In this document: positions 40,409 through 52,855 of the stretch, piece by piece
Numbering within the stretch: position 1 is the first letter of the stretch
Layout of the letters: each line of letters opens with the position of its first letter
Assembly (NCBI RefSeq): GCF_030684315.1
Contig: NC_081370.1
Span: 23,318,267 to 23,382,266 of the forward strand
Length of the DNA: 64,000 bases
Direction of reading: 5' to 3'
Origin: Stegostoma tigrinum
Taxonomy: Eukaryota
The notes under the pieces: generated by a model
Told to the model about the DNA's origin: nothing
The model's input: only the letters and a program-made list of their open reading frames with translations
Databases searched by the model: none
Translations under genes and position numbers: made by a program

Positions 40409-40630
40409 GCTGTGTGGGGTGATTCGCTCAGTTAGCCGGACAGCTGTTCGCAGTGCAGCACAGGTTCAATTCCTGCACTAGTTGATGTTACCTTGGAGGA
40501 CCCTCCTCCTCAACTTCTCACCTTGCCTAAGGAGTAGTGACCCTCAGTTTAAACCACCATCAATTGTTTCTCTGTAATTAGGGAGCAGCTTTTTGCTCCA
40601 ACTGGATCATGGTGCCTTCGCCTTTTTACT
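40409..40630 (+). mobile_element. tRNA-derived SINE, degenerate
   Basis: gctcagttagc A-box-like and ggttcaattcc B box. Confidence 0.5.
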
Positions 40631-41638
40631 TGCTATTTAGCTATCTCGTCCAACCACCTTCTCAAAGTTTGCTTGGTGAGTTTATGGGTTCCTGAAGGAG
40701 GATTAAGCCTCTCCCAGTGTCCTCCTGCAGCATCAAGGCCTACAGTGCTTTATTAGTAAATCTTCGAGCCCAGCCTCGGCCACTCCTGTGTCTTTCTTGG
40801 ATTAACCCAGCATCTGGAATGATTTCCAGCACAGGGCTTTAGGTATGTAAGCTAATGTGAACTCTTGGCCACTTACAGCACATTTAATTTTGGCTTTGTG
40901 GGAAACGATAGCATTGGGTTAATCACACATCACAATCCTTGCACCTGTTTTTGCTGCAAATGTTAATTGAAGCGTCTGCTTTAGAATCCAGAACTCTGTA
41001 TTTTAGAGTGTTAGAGAAAAAAGTCCCTTCTCCCCTTTTTGAGTCTGCGCCAGTCAAAAACAATCAGCCAACTATTCTAATCCCTAACATTAGAATATTC
41101 TGTTCCTTTGTTGAAATCAAATCTTTGTGTGCAATTTGTTTGAGGTAAAGCATTTAATTCTGTAAAAATTATTTCTAATTGGTTACAATTTAACATTTTT
41201 GGCCTCATTAATAATTGTTGTCTCAGTTCTACTGGTAACTTTGGAATTAATTTTAAAATTTTACCTAACATTGGTACTCCATCTATCAATGATAATTACA
41301 GGCAGCATGTTGGTGCAGATTAATGGACTGAATTATAACAAAGACATGACTAATTTGGGGTTATGTTAGAGGTTAAAATGCATGAAAATTGAAAACCCAT
41401 GCAGCTCCGGTTTCAAAGAGTTGAAAAGATACATATCCCAATCTATTTATGGTTTCAAATGGAAAAGGTTTCAAATAGTTGTCAAAATGTGGCATTGGAT
41501 GAGGCCCTGAAACAGGCCAACTTCTGGGATTCTGAGAGACATGGTAAATTGCCCAGGGAAACCTGTCAAAGGGAAGCAAATGCACTTCAAGTGCATAAAA
41601 AGTTAAAGTAAATAAACACTTTTTTTCTCTTTTTACAG

Positions 41639-41651
41639 GACATTCTTTTGA
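41639..41651 (+). CDS. USH1C: Harmonin terminal coding exon (V-TFF-stop; isoform-a type C-terminal PDZ-binding motif), followed by 3' UTR
   Basis: Strong acceptor ttttttctctttttacag; G ACA TTC TTT TGA completes ...DEVTFF*. The polyA site is not resolved (AGTAAA at about 41829 is only a candidate). Confidence 0.9.
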
Positions 41652-43958
41652 CAGTGAAGAAACAAAAGCTTCAGAAGGAAAATCCCTCTCCAGAATCAAA
41701 TTATCTCCATATTGGCCAATGTTAGAATCTATGAAAATGAGAAAGAAGGAAGCAAATCAAATTGATTCATCTTATTCAGAAAGTAATGATAATGATAAAA
41801 GATGCAGATGATGCATATTGCTACAAGTAGTAAACAAAAGCCAAACGTTTTTTAAGTGAATGTAACAGAAGCATTTTTTAATGTACTGTGTCAAATTAAT
41901 GTTCATTTGAGATCATATTGGAAGGTTTGGCAAAAATTATCTTCTTACAACCAAATTTTCAAAAAACCTAAAAATTTACGAAGGAGATTTAATCTGAGTC
42001 ACACAATCAATGATGAACAGAAATGTACTTCACCTTCATAAGCCTATCCTAATAAGGTTTGCCTGTAGGTTCACGAAGCTGTTCCAGATCTGAATGTGTC
42101 TGATATTGTTCTGCTGACACACTTTATCTTTGTAATCCTATGCTTAATTAATTGAATTGGAGATAGCACTTACACAAGACGAGCTATCTGCTTTTACAGA
42201 TAGCAAATGTGCTGGGTAAGAAAAGCACAGTCAAGAACCAGGAATTAAACCTCATCTCAAAGGCGGAACAGGAAAGCTACTGTTGTTAAATACAATGAAA
42301 CTGCAATGACCTGAGAGCCTTTACAAGTGGAATCATGAAAACTCTCAGCTGCTATTGTTGAAAATAATTAGTGGACAAACTGAAAACAAGAAATTAGAAG
42401 GGGGAGGTTTTTATGAGACAAAGCTTCAGGTGGAAAGTAAGAGTTTCATGATGATACTGCCTGGCACCTGCTCATCATGCCAGAATAGTTAAATGAAGGA
42501 CCATAAGGCATGAAGTGACCATCATCTTCATTTACATCCATAGCATTAAATGCTGCAAGGCCAAATACAGCCTGTCCCATCAAGCAGAAAGCTATCTTCT
42601 CTCTAGGGACCAGGAGACACAGACATTCTTGTCCTCTACTGGCTCTGCTTTCTTTTTTATTGTTTTTCACAGGTTGTAGGTGCCACTGGCTAGGTCAGCA
42701 ATTGTTGTGTTTGACAAGGTGATGTTGAGCTGTCTTCTTAAAATGTTGCAGTCCATGTGATATAGCTACAGCCCATAATGTTGTTAGGAGAAGAGAGGCA
42801 GGGCTTTGACCCAAAAATAGTGAGGAGATTTTGATATAGCCCCAAATAGGGAACTGGAATGAGAGGTGAATTTAAGAGTTAATGCTGCTCTTGTACTTCT
42901 AGATCCAAGAAGTTGCAGGTTTGGAGCATGCTGACTAAGGAGCCCTAGTGAGTTGTTGTAATGTATCTTGTAGATGGTACAAACTGATTACACACTGCAT
43001 TACTAATAGGAGTTGATGTGGTGCCAGTCAAGTGGGCTGCTTCAGTCTTGCTGGTGTTGAGCTTCATGCTTACTGTTGAAACTGCAGCAAGCCAGACAAG
43101 TGGAGAGTATGTCATGATGCTCCTGACATATGCATTGTAGATGTTGAGCAGGCTTTAGGGAGTCGGTGGCAGATTACTCACTGCAGAATTCCAAGTATGT
43201 GACCTTCTCTTTTACCTACTGTATTTATATGGCTACTCCAGTTCAGTTTCTGATCAATAGTAACCTGCAGGGTTTTGTTACAGAAAGATTCAGCAATGAT
43301 TAAAGCATTAATTGTCAAGAGAAAATGGATAGATTCGCTCTGGTTGAAGATGATCATTGCCTCACCCTTGTATGTTATGAATGTTACTTGACTATAATCA
43401 GCTCACGCCTCAAGGTTGTCCGGATCTCACTGCATAAGGGCTCAAGTTGTTTTGGGAGTGTCTGAAGAGACATAAATGGTGCTGAATGTTGTGCAATCAT
43501 TGTCAAATATTTCCCACTTCTGACCTTATGGAGAAATGAAACACGTGAGAACAGTTGGACCTAGAACAATACCTTGAGGAACATGGCTGTGATATCCTGG
43601 AACTGAGATGATTGACATTCAACAACCTTCACAAAAACCCTTTGTGTTAGGTATGACTTCAACCAGTGGAGAATTTTCCACTGATTTCTATCAACTTTAA
43701 TTTTACTATAGTCTTTGATGTCATAGTCAGTCAAATGTTACCCTTGATGTCTAGGCTAGTCACTCACATTTCTCCTCAGGAATCCAGCTCTTTGGTCCAT
43801 ATTAGACCTAGGCTATGATGAAGTCAGGAGCTGAGAGGACTTTGCAGAACCCAAACTGAGAGTCAGTGAGCATGTTATTGCTGAATAGCTCAGTCAATGA
43901 TGCCTTCTAAATATTTTCTGATGATTGATAGTAGACTGATGGTGCATTAATTCAGCAG

Positions 43959-44188
43959 AGATAATGGGAACTGCAGATGCTGGAGAATCCAAGATAACGA
44001 AGTGAGGGGCTGGATGAACACAGCAGGCCAAGCAGCATCTTAGGAGCACAAAAGCTGACGTTTTGGGCCTAGACCCTTCATCAGAAAAGCTTTTCTGATG
44101 AAGGGTCTAGGCCCGAAACGTCAGCTTTTGTGCTCCTAAGATGCTACTTGGCCTGCTGCGTTCATCCAACCCCACACCACTTTGTTAT
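43959..44188. mobile_element. Miniature palindromic PLE-terminus element (M4)
   Basis: Apex 44089/44090 (catcagaaaag|cttttctgatg), tail on the left. Perfect TSD CATTAATTCAGCAG at 43945-43958 and 44189-44202. Confidence 0.93.
44095..44122 (+). ncRNA. Minimal hammerhead ribozyme core
   Basis: CTGATGAAGGGTCTAGGCCCGAAACGTC intact; weak stem I. Confidence 0.6.
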
Positions 44189-44735
44189 CATTAATTCAGC
44201 AGGTTGGATTTGTCTTGTTATTGTGCCTTTCTCATATCTGAGAAATCATCCACATTTTTGGACAGATTCCAGTGTTGTAGCTATACTGGAACAGCTTAGC
44301 TCTGGATGTGGCTTGTTCTGGATCACAAGTTTTCTATAGTATTGCTGAAATGTTATCAGGGCCCATAGTGTTTACTGTATCTAGTGCTTTCAGCTGTTTC
44401 TTGATATTACACGGCATAAATCAAATTGGTTAACAATTGGCATCTGTAATGTTGGGCACATCAGGTGGAGGAAATCACAACTTCTAGTTGAAGATAGTTG
44501 GCAATATTTCAGTCTTGGCTGCTACATAAATGTGCTGGGTTCCCCCATTAAGAGGGATGATAATATTTGTGGAGCTGCCTCTTAGGGTTCATTGTTTAAT
44601 TATCCAAGATCATTACTGGATGTGACAGGGCAACAAACTGGATATCTGATTGGTTGGTCATGAGGTTTGCTTCCTCCTATTGTGTGCCACCATCTTCTGC
44701 AAAAGAAAAGATAGTACGTCACTGGCTGTGTAGGG

Positions 44736-45061
44736 ATGCAGCACAGTGGCTCAGTGATTAGCACTGCTACCTCACAGCACTTGGGACCCGGGTTCGATTC
44801 TACTCTCAAGCGACTGCCTGTGTGGAGTTTTCACATTCTCCCGATGTCTGTGGGGGTTTCCTGTGGTTGCTCCAGTCTCCTGCCACAAAGCTGTACAGGT
44901 TAGGTGGATTGGCCTGCTAAATTGTCCCACAGTGTCTCAGGATGTGCAGGTTAGGTGGATTATCCATAACTTGGAGGGAATGGATCTGGATGGGATGCCC
45001 TTCAGCAGGTTGATGTAGCTCAATGGGATGAATAGCCTCTTTCCACACTGTAGGATTCTAT
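44736..45061 (+). mobile_element. tRNA-derived V-SINE (HE1-like)
   Basis: Same head, V domain and tail as 3583-3890. Confidence 0.85.
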
Positions 45062-46307
45062 GAGTGCATTTGGGTGATGTACCCACCATAGGTAAGTATC
45101 TGTGGAGTTAGTGACAAGCAGATATGAGGCTGACATCATTTATGGTTAGAGTTTTTTGATGGTATGCATGATTCCTGAAGGCTGGGGTATGTTTCTGAGT
45201 GAGTCAATGTGTAGTAAAGAGTATGAGACATTAATGTTGTGGATAGGGAATGCCATATGTACTCCCTGTCTTAGAGTTCTTCCGGTGCTGCTGTAAGACC
45301 CTTCAGTTCAGACTCCATGAGTTCAAATTGTTCACTGGCTGCTTCCATCCCTTCACTGGTGAATCTTCTTAAAGATCTCTCCCCACTACCCATAGCCTTT
45401 AATGCCTCCAGTGTAACATTGTGCAACTTTTAATCGTTCTGTGTGCCCTTGTGATCTATTTGTAGAATTTCCATTGTGGCAGTCTTATTCCCTATCACTT
45501 CTTCAAAAGGCCGTTGAACTTTAAGAACAAGCATGCTGCCTCTGCAACAAATTGTGTAGCGAGGTATGTGAGGAGCTCAACGTGGGTATACAGGTGAAAA
45601 GACCAATGTCGGAGGCACCAGACACTCATTCAGATGAGGTGTGCAGGTAAATTTGATGTCTTGCCCATTTCCATCAGAATATGTGTTTGCACACCACACT
45701 TTGCAGATCCCATGCCCAGAAATAAATTTCACACCCACTGAGATTGATTCTCTAACCCCCTTTCACAAATTGCATGGCTTCATGCCAAAGTGGAATTTGT
45801 TAAATGTGAACCATATTTACCAGAGTGGCACTGGAATTGCTAAAAACACATCCACCAATTGATGTGAAGTGATGTTGGGTTTTTTGATCACTTATAGTTT
45901 GTACATTTTTGTACAATTAATATGTAACATGGAAAATTAGTTGCAGCAGCACATATAAGTGGAAATCATAAAATATTTACTTAAATATAGTGATGACAGT
46001 TGAATCACCTGCATTCAATAATTAAATAGGTATATTGCTAAGAATGCCTGTGTTGTTCAAGAAATCTTAAATTAAAAACCAATTTATGACTACACAAATA
46101 TCTAATAAATGTAATTATTTATTGTTCTTCACACTGTGACTGTTGTTTTCAAATCTGTAATTAATCCAAATTTTTGGTCATTATTGCTTTCAAGGGAAAC
46201 CATAAAAGTCAAACTTTGTCATGCATCTGTTTAAATATATACTTTTCTAATCCACCCAGAGATAATTGTAACCATTAAATCTTTAAGAAAACCATCACAA
46301 TTCACAA

Positions 46308-47700
46308 CATAATAAAATGTGAGGCTGATGAACACAGCAGGCCCAGCAGCATCTCGGGAGCACAAAAGCTGACGTTTCGGGCCTAGACCCTTCATCAGAG
46401 AGTGGGATGGCGTGAGGGTTCTGGAATAAATAGGGAGAGAGGGGGAGGCGGACCGAAGATGGAGAGAAAAGAGGATAGGTGGAGAGGAGAGTATAGGTGG
46501 GGAGGTAGGGAGGGGATAGGTCAGTCCAGGGAAGACGGACAGGTCAAGGTGGTGGGATGAGGTTAGTAGGTAGGAGATGGAGGTGCGGCTTGGGATGGGT
46601 GAGAGGAAGAACAGGTTAGGGAGGCAGAGACAGGCTGGACTGGTTTTGGGATGCAGTGGGTGGAGGAGAAGAGCTGGGCTGGTTGTCATCTAAAGAATGG
46701 GAGGGGGAGTGGAGATGGTTCGCGACTGGGAGGTGCAGTTGTTTATTGCGAACTGAGTGGAGGTGTTCTGCAAAGCGGTCCCCAAGCCTCCGCTTGGTTG
46801 CCCCAATGTAGAGGAAGCCACACCAGGTACAATGGATACAGTATACCAGATTGGCAGATGTGCAGATGAACCTCTGCTTAATGTGGAAAGTCATCTTGGG
46901 GCCTGGGATAGGGGTGAGGGAGGAGGTGTGGGGGCACGTGTAGCATTTCCTGCGGTTGCAGGGGAAGGTGCCGGGTGTGGTGGGGTTGGAGGGCAGTGCG
47001 GAGCGAACAATGGAGTCACGGAGAGAGTGGTCTCTCCGGAAAGCAGACAAGGGTGGGGATGGAAAAATGTCTTGGGTGGTGGGGTTGGATTGTAGATGGC
47101 GGAAGTGTTGGAGTATGATGCGTTGTATCCGGAGGTTGGTGGGGTGGTGTGTGAGAATGAGGGGGATCCTCTTTGGGCGGTTGTGGCGGGAGCGGGGTGT
47201 TAGGGATGTGTTGCAGGAAATGCGGGAGACACGGTCAAGGGCGTTCTCGACCACTGTGGGGGGAAAATTGCGGTCCTTGAAGAACTTGGACATCTGGGAT
47301 GTGCGGGAGTGGAATGCCTCATCCTGGGAGCAGATGCGGTGGAGGAATTGGGAATAGGGAATGGAATTTTTGCAGGAGGGTGGGTGGGAGGAGGTGTATT
47401 CTAGGTAGCTGTGGGAGTTGGTGGGCTTGAAATGGACATCAGTTACAAGCTGGTTGCCTGAGATGGAGACTGAGAGGTCCAGGAAGGTGAGGGATGTGCT
47501 GGAGATGGCCGAGGTGAACTGAAGGTTGGATTGGAAGGTGTTGGTGAAGTGGATGAACTGTTCGAGCTCCTCTGGGGAGCAAGAGGCGGCGCCGATACAG
47601 TCATCAATGTAACGGAGGAAGAGGTGGGGTTTGGGGCCTGTGTTGTTGCGGAAGAGGGACTGTTCCACATAACCTACAAAGTGGCAGGCATAGCTGGGGC
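46308..47700 (-). mobile_element. Penelope-like retroelement, single 5'-truncated arm (P5)
   Basis: 369-aa ORF 46616-47725 with PSYAC, LRYIDDCIG, FLD, IPYSQF and LVYCIHC..FLYIG; internal deletion near 46684. Candidate TSD CAATTCACAA at 46298-46307 and 47708-47717. Confidence 0.92.
46371..46398 (-). ncRNA. Minimal hammerhead ribozyme core in the P5 3' terminus
   Basis: Reverse complement reads CTGATGAAGGGTCTAGGCCCGAAACGTC, downstream of and sense to the PLE ORF. Confidence 0.6.
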
Positions 47701-50700
47701 AATGATGCAATTCACAAGCCCTCAAGGTGGCAAGACCACTAATTCAGTTCTGCTGCTCAGAGGTTCTCAATAAAACCTGTAAAAATTAAGGTTGTAACTG
47801 TTTACAATATCCATACGGTGATGTACATGGATGATAGGAAATGGATTCCAAGATTTGTGGTTCATAACTCCACCTTCCGCAACACTTAACAGCTTAATGA
47901 GCCACCTTTGATAAAGCATTTTTTTTTATCTTGCCGGGTTGGTTACCTCGTAGAACTGTGTTGGTGTGATACATTCAGCTAAATCGTTTCATTCTGTTCC
48001 ACACTTTTTATGTTCAATAAGTTCACCAAATATTTTAACATTGGTTGCTTAATGTTGGGAAGTAACTGTCCTTCAAAGGAATAGACTGTTGTCATATCAG
48101 GTATGGGGGACTTTTCCCCCTATCACAAATTGTTAATTTTAAATCTGAGATTTTGTTTTGTTAATCAAAGGTGTTAAGGGCTATGAGCCAAAGGCAGATA
48201 TTTGGACTTAGAGGACAGATCAGCCATGATCTCATTGAATGGTGGAACAGCCTCAAGGGGCTGAATGGTCTACTCCTGTTTCTATGTTCCAAATACACCT
48301 TTGACTATTTCTCCCAACCCAAAATGGCATAGGAAAGTTGCATGTGGAGAACATTTAAGTACAATCTATGAATTAATATGCCTTAGCCAAGAACTCTCTA
48401 TTGCAAAATACTATTGTATTTGATTATATAATACTATCATAAATTTAATCTTGGGTAAACAACTAAAGAAATTGATATCTTTTGCATTACATGGGTCAAT
48501 AAATTGCTTCATTTGAGCTTTCCTAAAGCTATGGAATTTCAGAAACAAATACCATGTTTTTGGTGCATCAGTGGTAAGATTGACAGCTTCTGTGTTACCT
48601 TTCTCTGGCACTTTTATTTTAATATATCAATCAGAATTCTGAACAACTTTGGGGCATCTTCCTCAACATCTCCCTGCTTTTTCCAGTTACTTTATTTTTA
48701 TGAAGCATCAGCATCATTGAGTAAGTCATGGATTTCTTCCTTGTGTTGAATGATGTCTCCTAATACAAGTTGAGGGAATTTTGAGTGTCCTTAAAGTGAG
48801 AAATGAATGGTTCTTTTAGTTCTGCTGTTACAATTCCTGGCCTGGACTAATATCAACTCAGTCTACTGCTAGCAGAAAGAATTGTTGTTTCAAGAAACTC
48901 GATAATTTCCATTGGCGACCAGACTTTTCTCACAATGCCTTGGATTCTAATGAGCTTTTTTGCCTCCTTCTGTTATAAAATTCCTTCACCACCACCACCA
49001 TTCTTCATCCATTCTTTCCTTTCCTATCTTTTTTAAACAGCATTTACTCTGTAATTTTTAACACCCCCATTCTTGCTCTTCCGTGTCCTAGGTCTCTGTT
49101 ATCGTCACATCATCATATTTCCAGATGACAATCTGCACCCGTATTTCCCCCGTCTAATTTACTACATCCTGTGCATTCACAAACATACACAATAATCCTG
49201 ATTTTAAACTGAGTTCCTTTCTCCTCATTCCACCTTCACCTTTATATTTTCGATACTCATGTTATCAGTCTCTGCAAACATTTTGTGCATCCCTAGTTTC
49301 AGCTTTCGTAGTGCCACTCGATTCTTACACCCCTGCAGAATTAGTTTAAAGCCCTCCCAACAGTATTAGCAAAGGGCCCCACAAGGAACTCAGTACTAGC
49401 TCTGATCAAGTGGAACCCACCTGGCTTGTACAGATATTGTCTTCCCCAAAACCAGCCATGATGTCCCACAGTGACTGAGTTATGAAAACCACGATTCAAG
49501 TTTCTGCCACTGACAATAACTTGTGCAACATAGTTATTGAGGAAATCAGTAAGGACTATAATTTCCCAACTATTACAGGCCAATATTTCATTTGACTGAG
49601 CTGCACTGCCATGACAGAAAAGATCGCTGTAGCAGAGTAGTAGAATTCATGCCCAGGTCCTGAACCCAGTGCTCATCCACTTCCAAATGCATTTCTTTTC
49701 CTCTCTCCCTTTCTTTTACTTTTGCTATTTTTTTCATTTTTGTTCTTTTTTTCCCCCTTTATTGGTGGGAGTGTTTCCTTCAGCAGTAGGAGCCATCCTA
49801 TTCTCAGCGAGCCGGTGGCAGTGTGCCCAGCTTTGAATCTGAGCCCAGTTCAGGACTCAGCGACTTTAACAGCAGCTGCATCACTGAGATCAGCTCAGCA
49901 CGGACTCATGGCAGCGACAACATTGGTGGAGGCAAGATGGCACTGAACAATGGCGACATGGTTCTAGCAGCAATGGCTGGGCCCAGAGTCCTGACTGTGG
50001 AGGTGGTGATGTTCCAGCTGCAGTGGTGTGCAGGGACTGAGGGCAGCTGAGTATTCACAAACTGAGGCATGGACTTTGTGGCAGTGAGGACTCATGGTAG
50101 AGGTGGGGAGTGATCTGGACATTTCCCTTTCTCTTGGCAGGTTCTTTTTACTTATAAAGTCATAGTCATACAACCGTTCAACCAGTTCATGCTGAACATG
50201 ATCTCAAACTAAACCAGTCCCACCTGCCTCCTCCTGGCCCATACCCTCCAAATTTTTCGAATTCCTGAACTTACCATGTCCACCACTTCCTCAAGAATTT
50301 CAGTCCTCATATAGACTACTGTCTGGTTAAAAAAAACATTTGCCCATCATGTCTTTTTAAAAATCTTCTTTCACCTCAAAAATATGTAATTCTGTCTTGT
50401 ATACTAAGTTGGCACCAGAGAATAGTGAATTTGTATTCTTTTTCACTGTACTCCTGTATCTGTATACTGGAGAACATGTGACATAAGAATCTAAATTTAA
50501 ATCTAAATGTTATGAAATGACTTCCTTTATATTAACTTTGTCTTGGATTACCTGCATTACATTATTGTCTTGGCCCTGAATGTACCGTGCTCCTGATGTT
50601 TCTCATTTCCTTTGTCCTTCCAAACCCACGACTGTTTCCATCTATAAGCACAAAAGCAGCAAATACTTGGGAACACCACCACCTGCAAGTTCTTTGCCAA

Positions 50701-51215
50701 ACCAATAACCAACCTGACTTGGAGCTGTATCGTCACTCCTTCAATGTTGGTCAGTCTGGACCCACAGTGGATGTCGTTACACCAAATGGAGTGGACAGGT
50801 TCAAGAAGGCAGCTCACCACCACTTTCTCCAGGGCTGCTAAGGAGGGGGAGTAAATGCTGACCCAGCCAATAATACCCACATCCCATGAATGAATAAAAT
50901 ATGGCTAACTCTTAGAGGAAAAAATGCATTGTTATTTTACAGCAATTTAAACACAGTCACTAATTGCAGTTTCTTGGCAACCAATCACTTTACAGATTGT
51001 CTGTTTTGTCCCTTTTTTATATCCCTTTGCAAATTCAGCATGGGTCGATTGCAAAGAGCTGACTGGTATACCTCTCAGACTTCCAGATAAGTGTGCTCAC
51101 AGCCTCAGATCAGGATATAAAATGTGGAGTACCAATGTTTATCTAGTTTAACAAAATTGCTATCACTTGAAGATTGTTGTGTTATTTGAGAGCAATGTGT
51201 CAGTTTTACCAGTAT

Positions 51216-51443
51216 CTAAGGTCTTATAGTAGATTTGTAGCTTGGGTTGTGGGTGTTGAGGTTGGTTGGCTCGCCAAATTGGTTTCTTGTATCACAGACG
51301 TTTCATTACCACGCTTGGGTAACATTCTCAAAGCAGCCTCCGATGAAGTGTTGGTGTGTTTTCCCACCTGGTTTTTGACTCCAGAGTTTAAAAACCAGGC
51401 CAGAAAACACACCAACACTTCATCGGAGGCTGCACTGAGGATG
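51216..51443. mobile_element. Miniature palindromic element of a third PLE-like lineage (M8)
   Basis: About 60-bp arms around 51382-51383; hammerhead-like motif with a GTTACC/GGTAAT stem. TSD TTTACCAGTAT at 51205-51215 and 51444-51454. Confidence 0.75.
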
Positions 51444-51454
51444 TTTACCAGTAT

Positions 51455-52855
51455 ATGGAAAGATAGTGTCATTTTTTCTAAGCAAATGACATTAGGCCAG
51501 ATGAAAAGCAATAAGTAATGTGGACCCACAGCTTTTTTAGTTACAAGAAGCCTAATATTTCATGCCACACCAGATAGTAAAATCTTTCAAGAGTTGATGG
51601 ATTTAGTTCAGGAATTTTATGAATCTAGCTTCCTCTAATTTTAAGATGCTATCGGTTTTACTCAACAGTTCAAGGAACAGGGGGATTGTGTTGGGATTAC
51701 CTGGCAGATACCAGGGATTACCTGTTTACCTGATTAGATACCTGGCAGAGACATGTGACTTTGGTTTAACCCTTAATAAGAAGATGAGAGACTATTTGGT
51801 ATGTGGGATTAATGATGTGACCATGCAAAAGCACCTACTAGCTCAAGTCCAACTGGACTTCAAGCAGGCACTGCTACTGGCTTTCTCATTAGAAAATGCA
51901 GCAAGTGTAGCATATGAGTTACAGGGTGTGCCAATGGAGTGGGCATCCTTGCATGCTGACTGAGCTTGGAGAGCACCACTTGAATTAAAGCAATTGCATA
52001 GCCTCATTTGGGACCCCAGGTCAGCCCACAACAAAACTCAAAAACAAAGCCAAGCCTCAGCCAAACAGCAACCTATTGTGGTTGCTGATGGTATGCTGAC
52101 TCAAGACAACAAAAGAGTCCCACTAGATCTAACGGGAGTAAGAAAACTCATAAGCCCAGTATCCAGGAGAGTACACACCCTGGAAAGTCCACCTAAATTT
52201 GGCTTGGGAGTGACCTGGACTTGAACAAGTACATGGACCATGTGAAAGCAGCAAACTGGCAAATAAGGCAGGAGCAAAACACACATAGCCCCTCAGAACA
52301 TCCAGAAAGGCTATTGGAACCCATGCATTCTCTCCCTTGGTCTAGCGTCAAAGAAACCTCAGAGTCTGAGATGGACACAATGGATGTCGCAGTGTCAACA
52401 CCTTTACTGCCTGAAGATGAATTTCTTGTGAGACATTCTGGATGCAAGAGGCAGGTTACAGTCTGGTACAGGCCACTTGTGTCTGAGGCAGAGTCAGAGG
52501 AAGTGGACCTAGCGTGAAAACACTCCAGGAGAGGCTTGCGAGAGAAAGACCAGATCAACATCCCCAGACAGAACATTTAAGATGATTGGTATGAAATTGA
52601 TTGTGGCATTGACAGGGGGAGGGATATAATTGTAAGCAGGTCAGTCAGGTGGATCTCATAGAATCAGTTTCCTTATTGGGTCTGTTAATCTGGTCAAGTC
52701 AGGGAGCCCTAGCTGACGGATATAAACAGGAGTGTTGGAAATCCTGTTCACTCTGAAAGCTGGCTCTGAGGAAGCCAGATCAACATCAAGTACTATGCAC
52801 ATTTCAACAAAGGATGACTTAGTGATGGGATACTAGCCTCTGTGGAGTTATTTCA
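51455..52855 (+). mobile_element. Decayed Gypsy-type LTR retrotransposon (gag remnant, integrase tail, PPT, 3' LTR 52625-52855)
   Basis: MRDYLVCGIND..MQKHLLA..LDFKQA gag-like; KYMDHVK integrase-end-like; polypurine agggggaggga immediately before an LTR ending GGAGTTATTTCA. Confidence 0.75.

Larger units (their letters stand above)
42660..44720 (-). mobile_element. Ancient non-LTR (CR1/L2-clade-like) LINE fragment, interrupted by M4
   Basis: Colinear similarity with 59270-61290; 3'-end copies of the same repeat at about 400-715 and 50590-50897 (+). No intact ORF. Confidence 0.55.
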
